A DNA stretch of 64,000 bases from an uncultured Alphaproteobacteria bacterium (lineage in GTDB: Bacteria; Pseudomonadota; Alphaproteobacteria; UBA2966), in assembly GCA_958295725.1 (NCBI GenBank), contig OY282368.1, forward strand, positions 2,946,365-3,010,364, given 5' to 3'. Position numbers and translations under genes: made by a program. Each line of letters opens with the position of its first letter. Position 1 is the first letter of the stretch. Positions 20,335 to 31,653 of the stretch are shown here, one piece after another. The notes below the pieces were generated by a model. That model made no database searches. It was not told the origin of the DNA and worked only from the letters and a program-made list of their open reading frames with translations.

Positions 20335-21584
20335 ACGGCGACCGCCCGGACCGACTGGGGCGCCGTCCGCTCCGGCCGCGGCATGGGGCTCGGCCACCAG
20401 CAATGTTCCCACTCGTCCTCGAACAGGTCGGCGATCTGGGGCATGACGCGCTCGGCGAAGAGGCGCGTGTTGTGATTGGCCGTGTCCCGGTCCATGTTGC
20501 CGAACTGCAGGAGCGTCATCAGGTTCCCGACGTTGAGGTCCCTGGCGATCTCCCGAAGACGCTCGGCCACCTCGTCCGGCTCGCCCAGCACGAGATAGCC
20601 GCGCTCGACGATGTCCTCCAGCGTCGGCGCGCCCGTGGTGCCGAGGGCAGCGACGCCGCCGCCGGGGCGCGAGGCCTGGAGTTGGCGCCGGATGGTCGAC
20701 TCGGTGCGGTACCCCGGAGCATCGGTGAACCCGGGAAAGAGATGGAGGCAGCGGGCGTAGAAATACTCGGCCGGTTCACGGTAGATCCGCTCCGCCTCGG
20801 CGCGTGTCTCCCCGACCCCGACGAACTGGAGATACCCGGAGCGGAACGGGTTCTGTTCCTTCCCGCCGGCGTCGATCTCGCGCCTGTAGGCGCCCAGGAC
20901 GCCCTGGGCCGCGTCGTAGCCGAAGTAGGACAGCGCACAGAACACGTAGTCGTTGTCGACGCACCAGCGCAGCGTCTCGTTGGCGCCGCCGCCCGGAATC
21001 CAGACCGGCGGATGCGGCTTCTGTACGGGGCGGGGCCAGATATTCACGTAGCGCAACTGGTTGAAACGGCCGTTGAACGGGAAGACGTCCTCCTCCCGCC
21101 ACGCGCGCATGATGACGTCGTGCGCCTCGAGATAGCGCTGGCGCAACGTGCTCGGGTTCTGGCCATAGGCGAAGCAGGTGTCCATCGGCGTACCGATGGG
21201 GAAGCCTGCGATCATTCGTCCGCCCGAAATGCAGTCGATCATCGCCATTTCCTCGGCGACGCGAAGCGGCGGGTTGTAGAGGCCGAGAGAGTTTCCGAGG
21301 ATCAGAATCGCGGCGTCCTGGGTCGCCCGCGCGAGGGCCGAGCCGATCAGGTTGGGCGACGGCATGAGGCCGTAGCCGTTGTTGTGATGCTCGTTGACGC
21401 AGACACCGTCGAAACCGACTTCGGCGGCGAACTCCAGCTCGTCGAAGAAGTCGTTGTACATCCGGTGCGCGCGTTGCGGATCGAACAGCCTGGAGTCGAT
21501 ATCGACCCACACGGAATGATGGTTGTCCCGGAAATCGTCGGGCAACTCCGTGTAGGGCATGAGGTGGAACCAGAGAACCTTCAT
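20331..21584 (-). CDS. LLM class flavin-dependent oxidoreductase
   Basis: GFDGVCVNEHH, PLRVAEEMAMIDCISGGR, WPRPVQKPHPPVWI, LFAERVMP. Confidence 0.9.
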   Translation of the reverse strand: MKVLWFHLMPYTELPDDFRDNHHSVWVDIDSRLFDPQRAHRMYNDFFDELEFAAEVGFDGVCVNEHHNNGYGLMPSPNLIGSALARATQDAAILILGNSLGLYNPPLRVAEEMAMIDCISGGRMIAGFPIGTPMDTCFAYGQNPSTLRQRYLEAHDVIMRAWREEDVFPFNGRFNQLRYVNIWPRPVQKPHPPVWIPGGGANETLRWCVDNDYVFCALSYFGYDAAQGVLGAYRREIDAGGKEQNPFRSGYLQFVGVGETRAEAERIYREPAEYFYARCLHLFPGFTDAPGYRTESTIRRQLQASRPGGGVAALGTTGAPTLEDIVERGYLVLGEPDEVAERLREIARDLNVGNLMTLLQFGNMDRDTANHNTRLFAERVMPQIADLFEDEWEHCWWPSPMPRPERTAPQSVRAVAV

Positions 21585-21783
21585 CGCGCGAACCTCGATG
21601 CCTGCCTTCGGATGGGACCCGATGATGCAATGGGAACCCGGCCCGGGCAAACCGAGCCGACGGTTCCCCGCTCGACACCCCAACCCGGAAGGCCGCGTGA
21701 CCCGCTTCGACGCGACCCGCGGCGGGACGGGTGGACGGCCACTCCGCGCCCGCCGCTGACCGCCGGGAGCTTCTATATCGAGA

Positions 21784-22062
21784 TCAGGCCGCCCGTTCCG
21801 TCGTCGGGTCTATCATCTTGCGGATCTCGGTCACCTTCGTGGCGGGGAAGCCGCTGATCTCGGCGTGCTTGTGGATCAGGTCCTCGTTGTCGGCCAGATA
21901 GACGCAGAAGGTCTTGTCGCCGGCCACGTAGGACTCCACCCACTGGATCCCGGGGCCGAGCTGGCGCAGGACCTCGTTGGATTTCTTCGCCGCCTCCCGC
22001 AACTGTTCGCGCTCGGCGCTTCCGATCTCCGGTATGTCGCGTTCGATGATGTACCTCGGCAT
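21784..22062 (-). CDS. DUF4242 family protein
   Basis: MPRYIIERDIP, QWVESYV..DKTFCVYLA, HAEISGFPA; AGGAG RBS. Confidence 0.85.
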   Translation of the reverse strand: MPRYIIERDIPEIGSAEREQLREAAKKSNEVLRQLGPGIQWVESYVAGDKTFCVYLADNEDLIHKHAEISGFPATKVTEIRKMIDPTTERAA

Positions 22063-22080
22063 TTCGCTCCTCCCTTCTTT

Positions 22081-23574
22081 CTAATTCATCACCGGCATCA
22101 CGTACTCGGCGCCTTGGCGGATGCCGGTGGGCCAGCGCGACGTGACGGTCTTCAGTCTGGTGTAGAACGACACGCCCTCTGTTCCGTGCATGTGCAGGTC
22201 GCCGAACAGGGAACGTTTCCAGCCCCCGAAGCTGTGGAAGGCGAGCGGCACGGGGATCGGCACGTTGACGCCGACCATGCCGATCCGGCACTCGTTGCCG
22301 AACGTCCGCGCCGCGTCCCCGTCGCGGGTGAAGATGGCGGCGCCGTTTCCGTACTCGTGCCCGTTGACGATCCCGAGCGCCGAATCGAAGTCCGGCATAC
22401 GGACCACCGACAGCACGGGGCCGAATATCTCCTCCCGATAGATGCGCATGTCCGGCGTCACGTTATCGAAGACGCTCGGCCCGATGAAGTGGCCGTTCTC
22501 GTATCCTTGCAGCGTGAAACCGCGTCCGTCGACCACGAGATCAGCGCCTTCCTCGACACCCAGGTCGATGTATCCCCGCACGCGCTCCAGATGCCGGGCC
22601 GTGACCAGGGGGCCCATCTCCGACTCGCCGTCGGTTCCCGGGCCCACCTTCAGGGACCGGGCGCGCGGCGCGAGACGCTCCATCAGGGAATCGCCGGCAT
22701 CGCCCACCGCCACGGCGACCGAAACGGCCATGCACCGTTCTCCCGCCGAGCCGAACGCGGCGCCCATGAGCGCGTCCGTGGCCTGGTCCATGTCGGCATC
22801 GGGCATGACGACCATGTGGTTCTTCGCCCCGCCCAGGGCCTGCACCCTTTTCCCGGAAGCCGCGCCGGCCCGATAGACGTGTTCCGCGACGGGCGTGGAG
22901 CCGACGAAGCTCACCGCCGAGACGCCCGGATGGCCGAGAATGGCGTCGACGGCCTCCTTGTCCCCGTGGACGACGTTGAACACCCCCGACGGCAGCCCTG
23001 CCTCGGCGAGCAGCCCGGCCATGAAATTCGCGGCCGACGGGTCGCGCTCCGAAGGCTTGAGGACGAACGTGTTGCCGCAGGCGACGGCGATGGGGAACAT
23101 CCACATGGGCACCATCGCGGGGAAGTTGAACGGCGTGATGCCGGCGCAGACGCCCAGGGGCTGGCGCATCGAGTACATGTCGACGCCGGTCGCCACGTTG
23201 TCGGAGAACGCGCCTTTCAGCAGGTGGGGAATGCCGCAGGCGAACTCGACGACTTCCAACCCGCGGGCGATCGAGCCCACGGCGTCGGAATGCACCTTGC
23301 CGTGCTCGGAGGTGATGATTTCCGCCAGGGCGTCGATGTTGTCGTCCAGGAGAGTCTTGAACCCGAACATGACGCGGGCCCGCCGGAGCGGAGAGGTGGC
23401 CGCCCATTCCGGAAAGGCCTCCGACGCGGCGGCGACCGCCGCGTCGACCTCCGCCGCCGCGGCCAGGGGCACGCGGGCGACGAGCTCGCCGGTCGCGGGA
23501 TTGTCGACATCGGCGAAGCGGCCGCTCGCCCCCTCCACGAATTCGCCGCTCACGTAGTGGCGCAACGTCTCCAT
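22081..23574 (-). CDS. mmsA: CoA-acylating methylmalonate-semialdehyde dehydrogenase
   Basis: [44 protein letters not shown]. Confidence 0.93.
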   Translation of the reverse strand: METLRHYVSGEFVEGASGRFADVDNPATGELVARVPLAAAAEVDAAVAAASEAFPEWAATSPLRRARVMFGFKTLLDDNIDALAEIITSEHGKVHSDAVGSIARGLEVVEFACGIPHLLKGAFSDNVATGVDMYSMRQPLGVCAGITPFNFPAMVPMWMFPIAVACGNTFVLKPSERDPSAANFMAGLLAEAGLPSGVFNVVHGDKEAVDAILGHPGVSAVSFVGSTPVAEHVYRAGAASGKRVQALGGAKNHMVVMPDADMDQATDALMGAAFGSAGERCMAVSVAVAVGDAGDSLMERLAPRARSLKVGPGTDGESEMGPLVTARHLERVRGYIDLGVEEGADLVVDGRGFTLQGYENGHFIGPSVFDNVTPDMRIYREEIFGPVLSVVRMPDFDSALGIVNGHEYGNGAAIFTRDGDAARTFGNECRIGMVGVNVPIPVPLAFHSFGGWKRSLFGDLHMHGTEGVSFYTRLKTVTSRWPTGIRQGAEYVMPVMN

Positions 23575-23609
23575 TCCCGGACTTCCTCCCTGAACTCCTT
23601 CCCGGCCGG

Positions 23610-24728
23610 TCAGGCCGCCAGCGCGTCGAGCGCCGGAACGTACTCCTCGCCGGTATCGCGCGCCACCGCCTCGTAGGTCACCCGTCCCCGGAAGACGTTG
23701 AGCCCATCGAGGAGATGGGCGTCGTCTTCCATCGCCGCCCTGACGCCCTTGTCCGCCAGAGACACGATGAAGGGCAACGTGGCGTTGTTGAGGGCGAACG
23801 TCGAGGTCCGGGCCACGGCGCCGGGCATGTTGGCGACGCAGTAGTGGACGACGCCGTGCTCGACATAGACGGGATCCGCGTGCGTGGTCGGCCGACTCGT
23901 CTCCGTGCACCCCCCCTGATCGATGGCCACGTCGACGATCACGGAGCCGCGTTTCATTCCGCGGACGGTGTCTTCCGTCACCAGCCGCGGCGCGGCGGCG
24001 CCGGGAACCAGAACCGCGCCGACGACGAGGTCGGCTGCGGCGACATGCTCCTCGATGGCGTCGCGGGTGGAATAGATCGTGTTCAAGGTCGGCCCGAATC
24101 GCAGGTCGAGGTCGTACAGCCGGGGGAGCGAAATGTCGATGACCGTGACGCTGGCCTCGAACCCCATGGCCATGCGGGCCGCGTTGGTCCCGGCGACGCC
24201 ACCGCCCAGCACCACGACCCGGCCCACGGGAACGCCCGGAACGCCGCTCAGGAGGATACCCCGCCCGCCCCGCTCCAGCTCGAGACAGTGGGCACCGGCC
24301 TGGACCGCCATGCGCCCGGCGACCTCGCTCATCGGCGCGAGCAGGGGCAGGCCGCCGCGATCGTCGGTAACCGTCTCGTAGGCGACGGCGATGCACCCCG
24401 TGTCCTTGAGCCGGCGCGTCAGTTCGGGATCGGGAGCCAGATGAAGGAAGGTGAACAGAACCTGGTTCTCCCGCAACATCGACACCTCGGGAGGCAACGG
24501 TTCCTTGATCTTCACGACGATGTCGGCGAGCGCGAAGACCTCCTCCGCGCTGTCCAGAACTGCGGCGCCGGCGGCCTCGTAGGCGCCGTCCGCGAGGCCG
24601 ATCTCCCGTCCGCAGCCCTTCTCGACGACGACCTCGTGCCCGTGGAGCACCAGTTCCCGCGCCGACGTCGGGGTCATTCCGACACGGTACTCGTGCGTCT
24701 TCGTTTCCTTGGGAACGCCGATTCGCAC
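23610..24728 (-). CDS. ald: alanine dehydrogenase
   Basis: [50 protein letters not shown]. Confidence 0.96.
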   Translation of the reverse strand: MRIGVPKETKTHEYRVGMTPTSARELVLHGHEVVVEKGCGREIGLADGAYEAAGAAVLDSAEEVFALADIVVKIKEPLPPEVSMLRENQVLFTFLHLAPDPELTRRLKDTGCIAVAYETVTDDRGGLPLLAPMSEVAGRMAVQAGAHCLELERGGRGILLSGVPGVPVGRVVVLGGGVAGTNAARMAMGFEASVTVIDISLPRLYDLDLRFGPTLNTIYSTRDAIEEHVAAADLVVGAVLVPGAAAPRLVTEDTVRGMKRGSVIVDVAIDQGGCTETSRPTTHADPVYVEHGVVHYCVANMPGAVARTSTFALNNATLPFIVSLADKGVRAAMEDDAHLLDGLNVFRGRVTYEAVARDTGEEYVPALDALAA

Positions 24729-24980
24729 TTCGTCCCTCCCCTCGCCGGCGCGACGCGGACTTCCCGGCACGGTCAGCGTAGTCAACGGACATGCCGATTG
24801 TATAGCGATTCGCCCACCGGGGGAGGGAATATCGCCTTCGGGTTCAGAAGGCATGTCGCGGCCCGGCGGCGACGGAGCCCATTGCCGCGCCGGTCCCAGC
24901 GGCCCACCCGGCGTCTCGCATGTAGCGAACCAGGACGCGCCCTCGACAACGGAGAGCGGACGCTATACGGAGAGAGCTCC

Positions 24981-25883
24981 ATGGACACGGTGCACCGCAC
25001 GCCGGAAGAGAGGTTCGCGCGCTTGCCGGGCCACACCTGGGCACCCAACTACGTCGACGGCCTTCCGGGATACGAGGGCCTGCGCGCACACTACGTGGAC
25101 GAGGGTCCGCCGGATTCCGGGCAAGTCTTCCTGTGTCTGCACGGAGAGCCGACCTGGGCCTATCTCTACCGCCGGATGATCCCCGAGTTTCTCGCCTCCG
25201 GGGGACGGGTGGTCGCGCCCGACTGTTTCGGGTTCGGACGCTCGGACAAGCCGGCCGACGAGGGCGTCTACACGTTCGACTTCCACCGCCGCTTCCTGAT
25301 CGCATTCATCGAACGCCTGGACCTGCGGGGCCTCACGCTCGTCTGCCAGGACTGGGGCGGTTTGCTGGGGCTGACGCTGCCCATGGACCTTCCGTGCCGG
25401 TTCGAACGCCTCATCGCCATGAACACGATGCTGGGAACCGGCGACGAGCCTCTGAGCGAGGGATTCCTCGGGTGGCGGCAGTGGGTCCGGGACAACCCGG
25501 ACCTTGCCGCCGGGCGCCTGCTCAAACGCGCCTGCCCGCATCTGACGGACGACGAAGCGGCCGCCTACGACGCGCCGTTCCCCGACTCGCGGTACAAGGC
25601 CGGGGTTCGGCGGTTTCCGGAGCTGGTTCCCGACAGTTCCGACGCCGAGGGCGCCGAGGTCTCGCGCCGCGCCCGCGACTGGTGGCGCGACGAGTGGCGG
25701 GGCCAGTCGTTCATGGCCATCGGCATGGCGGACCCGGTCCTGGGAGGTCCGATCATGCGCGGACTGCATCGCCACATCCGGCACTGCCCGCCGCCCCACG
25801 AGATGAGCGACGGCGGCCATTTCCTGCAGGAGTGGGGGGATGTCGTGGCCCGCAAGGCATTGGCGCTGTTCGCGCGCGGCTGA
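24981..25883 (+). CDS. haloalkane dehalogenase (HLD-I, DhlA-like)
   Basis: RTPEERF, HGEPTWAYLYR, QDWGG (Asp nucleophile plus Trp), GMADP, GHFLQE. Confidence 0.88.
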   Translation: MDTVHRTPEERFARLPGHTWAPNYVDGLPGYEGLRAHYVDEGPPDSGQVFLCLHGEPTWAYLYRRMIPEFLASGGRVVAPDCFGFGRSDKPADEGVYTFDFHRRFLIAFIERLDLRGLTLVCQDWGGLLGLTLPMDLPCRFERLIAMNTMLGTGDEPLSEGFLGWRQWVRDNPDLAAGRLLKRACPHLTDDEAAAYDAPFPDSRYKAGVRRFPELVPDSSDAEGAEVSRRARDWWRDEWRGQSFMAIGMADPVLGGPIMRGLHRHIRHCPPPHEMSDGGHFLQEWGDVVARKALALFARG

Positions 25884-25913
25884 AGACCGCATCGACCGAC
25901 ACGAACGTCCCTC

Positions 25914-26861
25914 GTGAGCCGAAGCGCCCCCGACTCCCCGGCGCCGACCCCGGGCGGCGACCATGTGCTGCGCGGCATCGTGTTCATGCTGATCGCGGTC
26001 ACGCTGTTCTCGTGCCTCAACGCATCGGTGAAGTTCCTGTCGGAGGACTACTCCACCACGCAGATCCTGTGGCTGCGGTACGCGGGCCACATCATCTACG
26101 TCTTCCTGCTGCTGGCGCCCCGCCGCGCCCTGGGAGCGGTGCGGTCGAACCGGCCCGCCCTCCAGCTTTCGCGCTCCGTCCTCATGATCGGCGCCACGGT
26201 CTGCTACTACACCGCGCTCCGGCACGTCACGTTGCCGACGGCCGCGTCCATCAACTTCACGTCGCCCCTGATGGTGGCCCTCCTCGCGATCCCGCTCCTG
26301 GGTGAGCGCGTGGGACCACGCCGGTGGCTCGCCATATTGACGGGTTTCGTCGGCGCCCTCGTCATCGTCCGGCCGGGCTTCGACGCCATGCACCCGGCGG
26401 CGTTGCTGGTGTTCGGGACGGCGTTCTGCTACGGGCTCTATCAGGTGCTCACGCGCAAGGTCGCGCCATACGATTCGGCGGAGACCAGCATCATCTACAC
26501 GGCGCTGCTCGGGTTCATCGTCACCAGCATCGTCGTTCCCCTCGACTTCGCGCCGCCGCGCGACCGGGTGGACCTTCTCGCGTTCTGCGCCCCCGGGCTC
26601 TTCGGCAGCCTCGGCCATTTCTGCCTCGTCAAGGCCTACGAGAACGGCCCGGCCTCGGCGATCTCGCCCTACAACTACACGCAACTCGTCGGCTCGGTCA
26701 CCCTGAGCGTCATCGTCTTCGACGAGCTCCCCGACTTCTGGACCTGGGTGGGATGTGGAGTCATCGTCGTCAGCGGCCTCTACCTCATGCACAGGGAGAG
26801 CGTGGCGCAACGGTCGCGAGAGGCCGCGGCGACGAGAACCGGAAAGGACGGCGAGCGATGA
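25914..26861 (+). CDS. DMT/EamA family transporter
   Basis: About 10 hydrophobic segments; LLGERVGPRRW..ILTGFVGALVIVRPG. Confidence 0.9.
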   Translation: MSRSAPDSPAPTPGGDHVLRGIVFMLIAVTLFSCLNASVKFLSEDYSTTQILWLRYAGHIIYVFLLLAPRRALGAVRSNRPALQLSRSVLMIGATVCYYTALRHVTLPTAASINFTSPLMVALLAIPLLGERVGPRRWLAILTGFVGALVIVRPGFDAMHPAALLVFGTAFCYGLYQVLTRKVAPYDSAETSIIYTALLGFIVTSIVVPLDFAPPRDRVDLLAFCAPGLFGSLGHFCLVKAYENGPASAISPYNYTQLVGSVTLSVIVFDELPDFWTWVGCGVIVVSGLYLMHRESVAQRSREAAATRTGKDGER

Positions 26862-27298
26862 GCGCGGACATCCCCGACGGGTACGAGCCGGAGCCCGAAG
26901 ACAACGCCTTCGCCGCGCTGGTCGGGCCCATCTTCCAGAAGATGGACGGAGACCGGGCGCGGTTTCTGTTCGACGCGAAAGAGAAGCACCGGAATCCGCG
27001 AGGCGTCGTTCACGGGGGGATGCTCATGACGTTCATGGACAACCTGCTGGCCCACACGATCGTCCACGCCATCGGCGACGCGCGAAAGGCGACGATGAGC
27101 CTCTCCTGCGATTTCGTCGCGCCGGCCTATCCCGGCCAGCGGATCGAAGGCCTGGGCGAGGTGACCCGCGTGACGCGCAGCGTGATCTTCGCCCGGGGCG
27201 CGATCACGGCCGACGGCGCGACGGTCGTGACCGGCTCCGGGGTCTGGAAGCTACTCGGCAGCACCCATCCGGAATCGTCCATCAAAGATCCATCGTAG
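26858..27298 (+). CDS. PaaI family thioesterase
   Basis: NPRGVVHGGMLMTFMD hotdog motif; ATGA overlap with the DMT gene. Confidence 0.88.
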   Translation: MSADIPDGYEPEPEDNAFAALVGPIFQKMDGDRARFLFDAKEKHRNPRGVVHGGMLMTFMDNLLAHTIVHAIGDARKATMSLSCDFVAPAYPGQRIEGLGEVTRVTRSVIFARGAITADGATVVTGSGVWKLLGSTHPESSIKDPS

Positions 27299-27302
27299 TT
27301 TT

Positions 27303-27460
27303 ATGGACAGTGTTCATTATCCATATTTCGAGGTGTATTTTCATGTAATACCAAATATGGCATCCTTTTTCGGCGCGAAGTTCGATGAAGGTCAATATCT
27401 GACCGTGTTTTCTTGACTATGGACAGAAAATTGATCATCATTCAAATAACTGTCCGATAC
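27303..27460. promoter_or_regulatory. AT-rich regulatory region with putative TetR operators and promoter
   Basis: Imperfect palindrome ATGGACAGTGTTCAT (27303-27317); TATGGACAG repeated at 27418; CTGTCC at 27450; TTGACT-N17-CATCAT at 27413-27441. Confidence 0.5.
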
Positions 27461-27491
27461 GTCATCTGATGAGTCTGATCGTGGGCCGACG

Positions 27492-28145
27492 GTGACCTCG
27501 ACACCAGACCCCCAAGCCGATCCTCCGTCCGCCGCCCGTCGGCGGTCCGTTCGCGCGTTCAAGAAGTCCGCGATCCTCGACGCGGCCCGGCGCGTCATGG
27601 ACCGCGACGGCATCGACGGCGCGACCATGCGGGCCATCGCCAAGGAAGTAGGCTACACGCCGGGCGCCCTCTACGCCTATTACTCCGACAAGGACGACAT
27701 CCTCGCCGATCTGCTGTGCCGGTCTCTCGGCCGGGCCGCGCGGACCGTGCGACACGCCATGGAGGAAGGGGGCCGGCGTCCTGCGGACCCGGTCGCGCTG
27801 GCGTCCACGCTCGGCGCCCACTACCGGCGGGAGGCCGGGGAGTTCGACTTGCTGCTCACGGTCCTTCAGTCGCGACGGACCGGCCGCCTGTCACCCGAAC
27901 GGGCCCGCGCGCTCAACGGCGGACTGATCGCCGTCCTCTCGCCCCTTGCCCGGACGCTGGAGGCTGCGGGCCGATGGGAAACGAAGGCCGCCGACGAGGC
28001 GACCGTCCGGGCGGCGGGCCTGGCGCTGGGCCTCCTGCTGCTGGAGAACTCCGGGCGCCTGTCCGCCCTGGGGATGGACGGCGCGTCCCTGACCACCGAC
28101 GGCCTCGCGGCGCTGCTCTCCCCCGACGGTCCGGAGCCGGCCTGA
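27492..28145 (+). CDS. TetR/AcrR family transcriptional regulator
   Basis: ILDAARRV...[30 protein letters not shown]. Confidence 0.9.
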   Translation: MTSTPDPQADPPSAARRRSVRAFKKSAILDAARRVMDRDGIDGATMRAIAKEVGYTPGALYAYYSDKDDILADLLCRSLGRAARTVRHAMEEGGRRPADPVALASTLGAHYRREAGEFDLLLTVLQSRRTGRLSPERARALNGGLIAVLSPLARTLEAAGRWETKAADEATVRAAGLALGLLLLENSGRLSALGMDGASLTTDGLAALLSPDGPEPA

Positions 28146-28173
28146 CCGCCGCGGGACCGCCCTCGTCCCGCGC

Positions 28174-30297
28174 TCACGCCGCGTACAGGCGGCGCCCTTC
28201 AGCGATCAACGCGCGCAGGTAGCCGGGCGGCTCGAACCTCGGGCCGTGAGCCGCAGCCAGCGCTTCGCAGTCGGATACGAAGGTCCCGATACCCACCGTG
28301 TGGACCATGGACAGCACGCCGCCCAGGTGCGACGGGAACCCCCAGCCGAGGATCGACGCGACGTCAGCGTCCTCCGGCCCCGACACGACGCCCTCCTCGA
28401 GGCAACGCGCGGCTTCCAGCCCCTGCACGTAGAGCAGGCGTTTCCTGACGGTCTCGACCTCCGGCTGGTCCGCGGCCCGGGCATAGATACCGCCCAACCC
28501 CGGCCACAGGCGCTTGTCGCCGCCGTCCGGGTAGTCGTAGAAACCCTTTCCCGCCTTCCTCCCCGGCCGCCCCAACCGCCGGACGAAGGTTTCGACGACG
28601 GCATCGCCGCTCCGCTCGACGAAATCACCGCCCAGCGCCGCCCTCGTCTGATCGATGATGCGCTGCTCCAGCTCCAGCGATACCTCGTCCGAGAGCGCCA
28701 GGGGGCCGACCGGAAACCCCGCCAGCCGGGCGGCGTTCTCGATGAGCGCCGGATTCACGCCCTCCGCCAAAAGCGCGCGCCCCTCGTCGAGGTAGGCGCC
28801 GATGACCCGGCTCGTGAAGAATCCGCGCGAGTCGTTCACGAGGATCGGGGTCTTGCCGAGCTGTCTGGACAGGTCCATCGCGGCGGCGATCGTGTCGTCG
28901 GACGTACGCTCGGCGCGGATCACCTCGACGAGCTTCATGCGCTCGGCCGGGGAGAAGAAATGCATGCCGACGAACCGTCGGGGGCGAACGCTCGCCTCCG
29001 CGAGCTCCGTAATGGGAAGCGTCGACGTATTCGAGGCGAAGAAAGCGTCCTCGCCGATGGCGGCCTCGGCCCTGGCGATCACGTCGGCCTTGACGGCCCG
29101 ATCCTCGAACACGGCCTCGACGACGAGCTCGCAGCCCGCGAGCGCGGCGAAGTCGGTCGTCGGCGAGATGCGCCGGAGCGCCCGGTCCCGCTCGGTCTCC
29201 GTCATCCGGCCGCGGGCGACGCGCTTGTCGAAGACGCTCTCGCCGTAGGCCCTTCCGGCGTGCGCGAGGTCCGGCGCGGTGTCCAGCAGCACGACATCGA
29301 GGCCGGCATCGGCCGCCGCGCAAGCGATCCCCGACCCCATCATGCCGGCGCCCAGGATGCCGATCCTGGCGAAGGTCCGCCGCGTGGCCTTCCCGGGTCG
29401 GCGCTTGAGCCGGTTGGCGGCGCCCACGCCGAAGAACAGCGACCGGATCATGTTCTGGGCCACGTCTCCCGCGGCGAGGCGCGCGAACCGCCGCGCCTCG
29501 ATCTTCAGCCCCGTGTCGATCGCGACCTGACACCCCTCGTAGACGCACGACATGATGGCCGGCGGCGCCGGGTAGTTGCCCCGCGTCCTCTCGCGCAATC
29601 TGGCGATGGCCGGGACCAGCAGCATGTAGCCCTCCGGGCTCTGCACCCGCGGGCCCGGTATCGCGAATCCGCGCTCGTCCCACGGCTTGACGGGGTTGCC
29701 GTCCTCCCGCAGCCATGTTCTCGCCGCGTCCAGCAGCGAACCGGGCGGAACCACCGCGTCGACGAGCCCCGCCGCCAGCGCCTCCGCCGGACCGTAGCGC
29801 GTCCCTTCCAGCAACGGGGGCAACGCCCTGGCGATCCCCAGCATCCGCGGCAGGCGCTGGGTCCCGCCGGAGCCCGGAAGCAACCCGATCGAGACTTCCG
29901 GCAGGCCGATCAGCGAACGTGGTTCGTCCGCCGCCACGCGGCGGTGGCAGGCGAGGCACAGCTCGAACCCACCGCCGAGCGCCGTGCCGTTGACGGCGGC
30001 GACGAACGGCTTGCCGCCAGTCTCAATGTCGCGCCAGATCCGTTGCAGCTCGCGGCATCGGCGCATGTGCGTCCGGGGGTCGCGCTCCCCCAGAAGCACG
30101 GTCAGGTCGGCGCCGGCCATGAAGTCGTTCTTCCGCGACGTCACGATGACGCCCTTCACGGCGTCGTCGGCGATCGCCAGCCGGACCGTCTCGCCGATGG
30201 CCGCCGCCGAGTCGTCGTCGAGTACGTTCATCGGCCGGTCGGCCATGTCGATGGCAATCGTCGCCACGCCATCGCCGTCGACCGTATAGTCGATCAT
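28174..30297 (-). CDS. multifunctional enoyl-CoA hydratase / 3-hydroxyacyl-CoA dehydrogenase (FadJ/PimF-like)
   Basis: ALGGGFE, GLPEV crotonase domain; [27 protein letters not shown]. Confidence 0.92.
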   Translation of the reverse strand: MIDYTVDGDGVATIAIDMADRPMNVLDDDSAAAIGETVRLAIADDAVKGVIVTSRKNDFMAGADLTVLLGERDPRTHMRRCRELQRIWRDIETGGKPFVAAVNGTALGGGFELCLACHRRVAADEPRSLIGLPEVSIGLLPGSGGTQRLPRMLGIARALPPLLEGTRYGPAEALAAGLVDAVVPPGSLLDAARTWLREDGNPVKPWDERGFAIPGPRVQSPEGYMLLVPAIARLRERTRGNYPAPPAIMSCVYEGCQVAIDTGLKIEARRFARLAAGDVAQNMIRSLFFGVGAANRLKRRPGKATRRTFARIGILGAGMMGSGIACAAADAGLDVVLLDTAPDLAHAGRAYGESVFDKRVARGRMTETERDRALRRISPTTDFAALAGCELVVEAVFEDRAVKADVIARAEAAIGEDAFFASNTSTLPITELAEASVRPRRFVGMHFFSPAERMKLVEVIRAERTSDDTIAAAMDLSRQLGKTPILVNDSRGFFTSRVIGAYLDEGRALLAEGVNPALIENAARLAGFPVGPLALSDEVSLELEQRIIDQTRAALGGDFVERSGDAVVETFVRRLGRPGRKAGKGFYDYPDGGDKRLWPGLGGIYARAADQPEVETVRKRLLYVQGLEAARCLEEGVVSGPEDADVASILGWGFPSHLGGVLSMVHTVGIGTFVSDCEALAAAHGPRFEPPGYLRALIAEGRRLYAA

Positions 30298-30323
30298 GAT
30301 GTCCTTCCGGGAGCGGGGGGGGC

Positions 30324-31532
30324 TCAGACGCGCTCGATCACCGTCGCGACCCCCATGCCGGCCCCGATGCAGAGCGCGCACAGGCCCGTTTCAAGGTCGC
30401 GCCGCTCGAGCTCGTCGAGCAACGTGCCCAGTATCATGGCGCCGGTCGCCCCGAGCGGATGGCCCATCGCGATCGCGCCCCCGTTGACGTTGATCCTGTC
30501 GTGAGGCACCCCGAGGTCCCGCATGTAGAGAAGCACGACCGCCGCGAACGCCTCGTTGAGCTCGTAGAGGTCGATGTCGCCCGTTTCCATCCCCCCGCGC
30601 GCCAGCACCTTCCGCGTCACGGGCGCGGGACCGGTGAGCATGATGCTCGGCTCGCTGCCGATGGAGCCGAAGTTGCGGACGCGCGCCCGCGGCTTCAGCC
30701 CGAGCGATTCGCCGATCTCCCTGGAGCCGACGAGCACGGCGGCCGCGCCGTCGACGATGCCGCTGGAATTGCCCGCGTGATGCACGTGCTCGATACGCTC
30801 GACCTCCGGGTAGCGTTGCAGGATGACCGAATCGAAGCCCATGTCGCGGCCCATCTTCTCGAACGCCGGGTTCAGCGCCGCCAGCGTCCGCATGTCGGTG
30901 TCCGGGCGCACGTGTTCGTCGCGGTCGAGGATGATCGCGTCGTTCTCGTCCGTGACGGGCGCCACGGAGCCCTCGAAACGCCCGTCGTCCCAGGCTTCCG
31001 CGGCCCGCCTCTGCGATTCGACGGCATAGGCGTCCACGTCGTCGCGGGAGAACCCGAACCTGGTGGCGATCAGATCGGCGGAGATCCCCTGCTGCACGTA
31101 GCAGGTCCTGAACGCGACCTCGGGGTCCGCGAACCAGGCGCCGCCGCTCGACCCCATCGCCACGCGCGACATCGACTCCACCCCACCGCCGATGGCGAGA
31201 TCGGCCTGCCCCGACATGACCTGGGCCGCCGCCATGTTCACCGCCTCGAGCCCCGAGGCGCAGAACCGGTTGACCTGCACGCCCGAAACGCACTGGTCGT
31301 AGTCCGCCATCAGCACGGCGGACCGGGCGATGACGGCCCCTTGCTCGCCGGCCGGTTCGGAGCATCCGAGCACCACGTCGTCGACGAGGGACGTATCGAG
31401 GCCGTTCCGGTCGCGCACGGCGGCCAAGGCCGTCGCCGCCAACCGGACGGGCGACACCTCGTTCAAGGCGCCCGTCGGCTTGCCCTCCCCGCGCGGCGTG
31501 CGAACGGCGTCGTAGATGTAGGCGTCGGTCAT
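30324..31532 (-). CDS. acetyl-CoA C-acyltransferase (thiolase, PimB-like)
   Basis: [39 protein letters not shown]. Confidence 0.93.
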   Translation of the reverse strand: MTDAYIYDAVRTPRGEGKPTGALNEVSPVRLAATALAAVRDRNGLDTSLVDDVVLGCSEPAGEQGAVIARSAVLMADYDQCVSGVQVNRFCASGLEAVNMAAAQVMSGQADLAIGGGVESMSRVAMGSSGGAWFADPEVAFRTCYVQQGISADLIATRFGFSRDDVDAYAVESQRRAAEAWDDGRFEGSVAPVTDENDAIILDRDEHVRPDTDMRTLAALNPAFEKMGRDMGFDSVILQRYPEVERIEHVHHAGNSSGIVDGAAAVLVGSREIGESLGLKPRARVRNFGSIGSEPSIMLTGPAPVTRKVLARGGMETGDIDLYELNEAFAAVVLLYMRDLGVPHDRINVNGGAIAMGHPLGATGAMILGTLLDELERRDLETGLCALCIGAGMGVATVIERV

Positions 31533-31653
31533 GGCGCGCTCCCCGTCCCGGTCCCGAGTTGGCCGACGCGGCGCGACCCCGGGGCGCCGACACCCATCCT
31601 GGCGGCCACCGCCGGCCCGCGCAAGCGAGGGAACGTCCGGTCGGTCGGCCCGA

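Noticed and set aside
30315-30322. G8 tract between the thiolase and hydratase genes
   Set aside because: Short, intergenic, does not affect a reading frame and is unremarkable at this GC content
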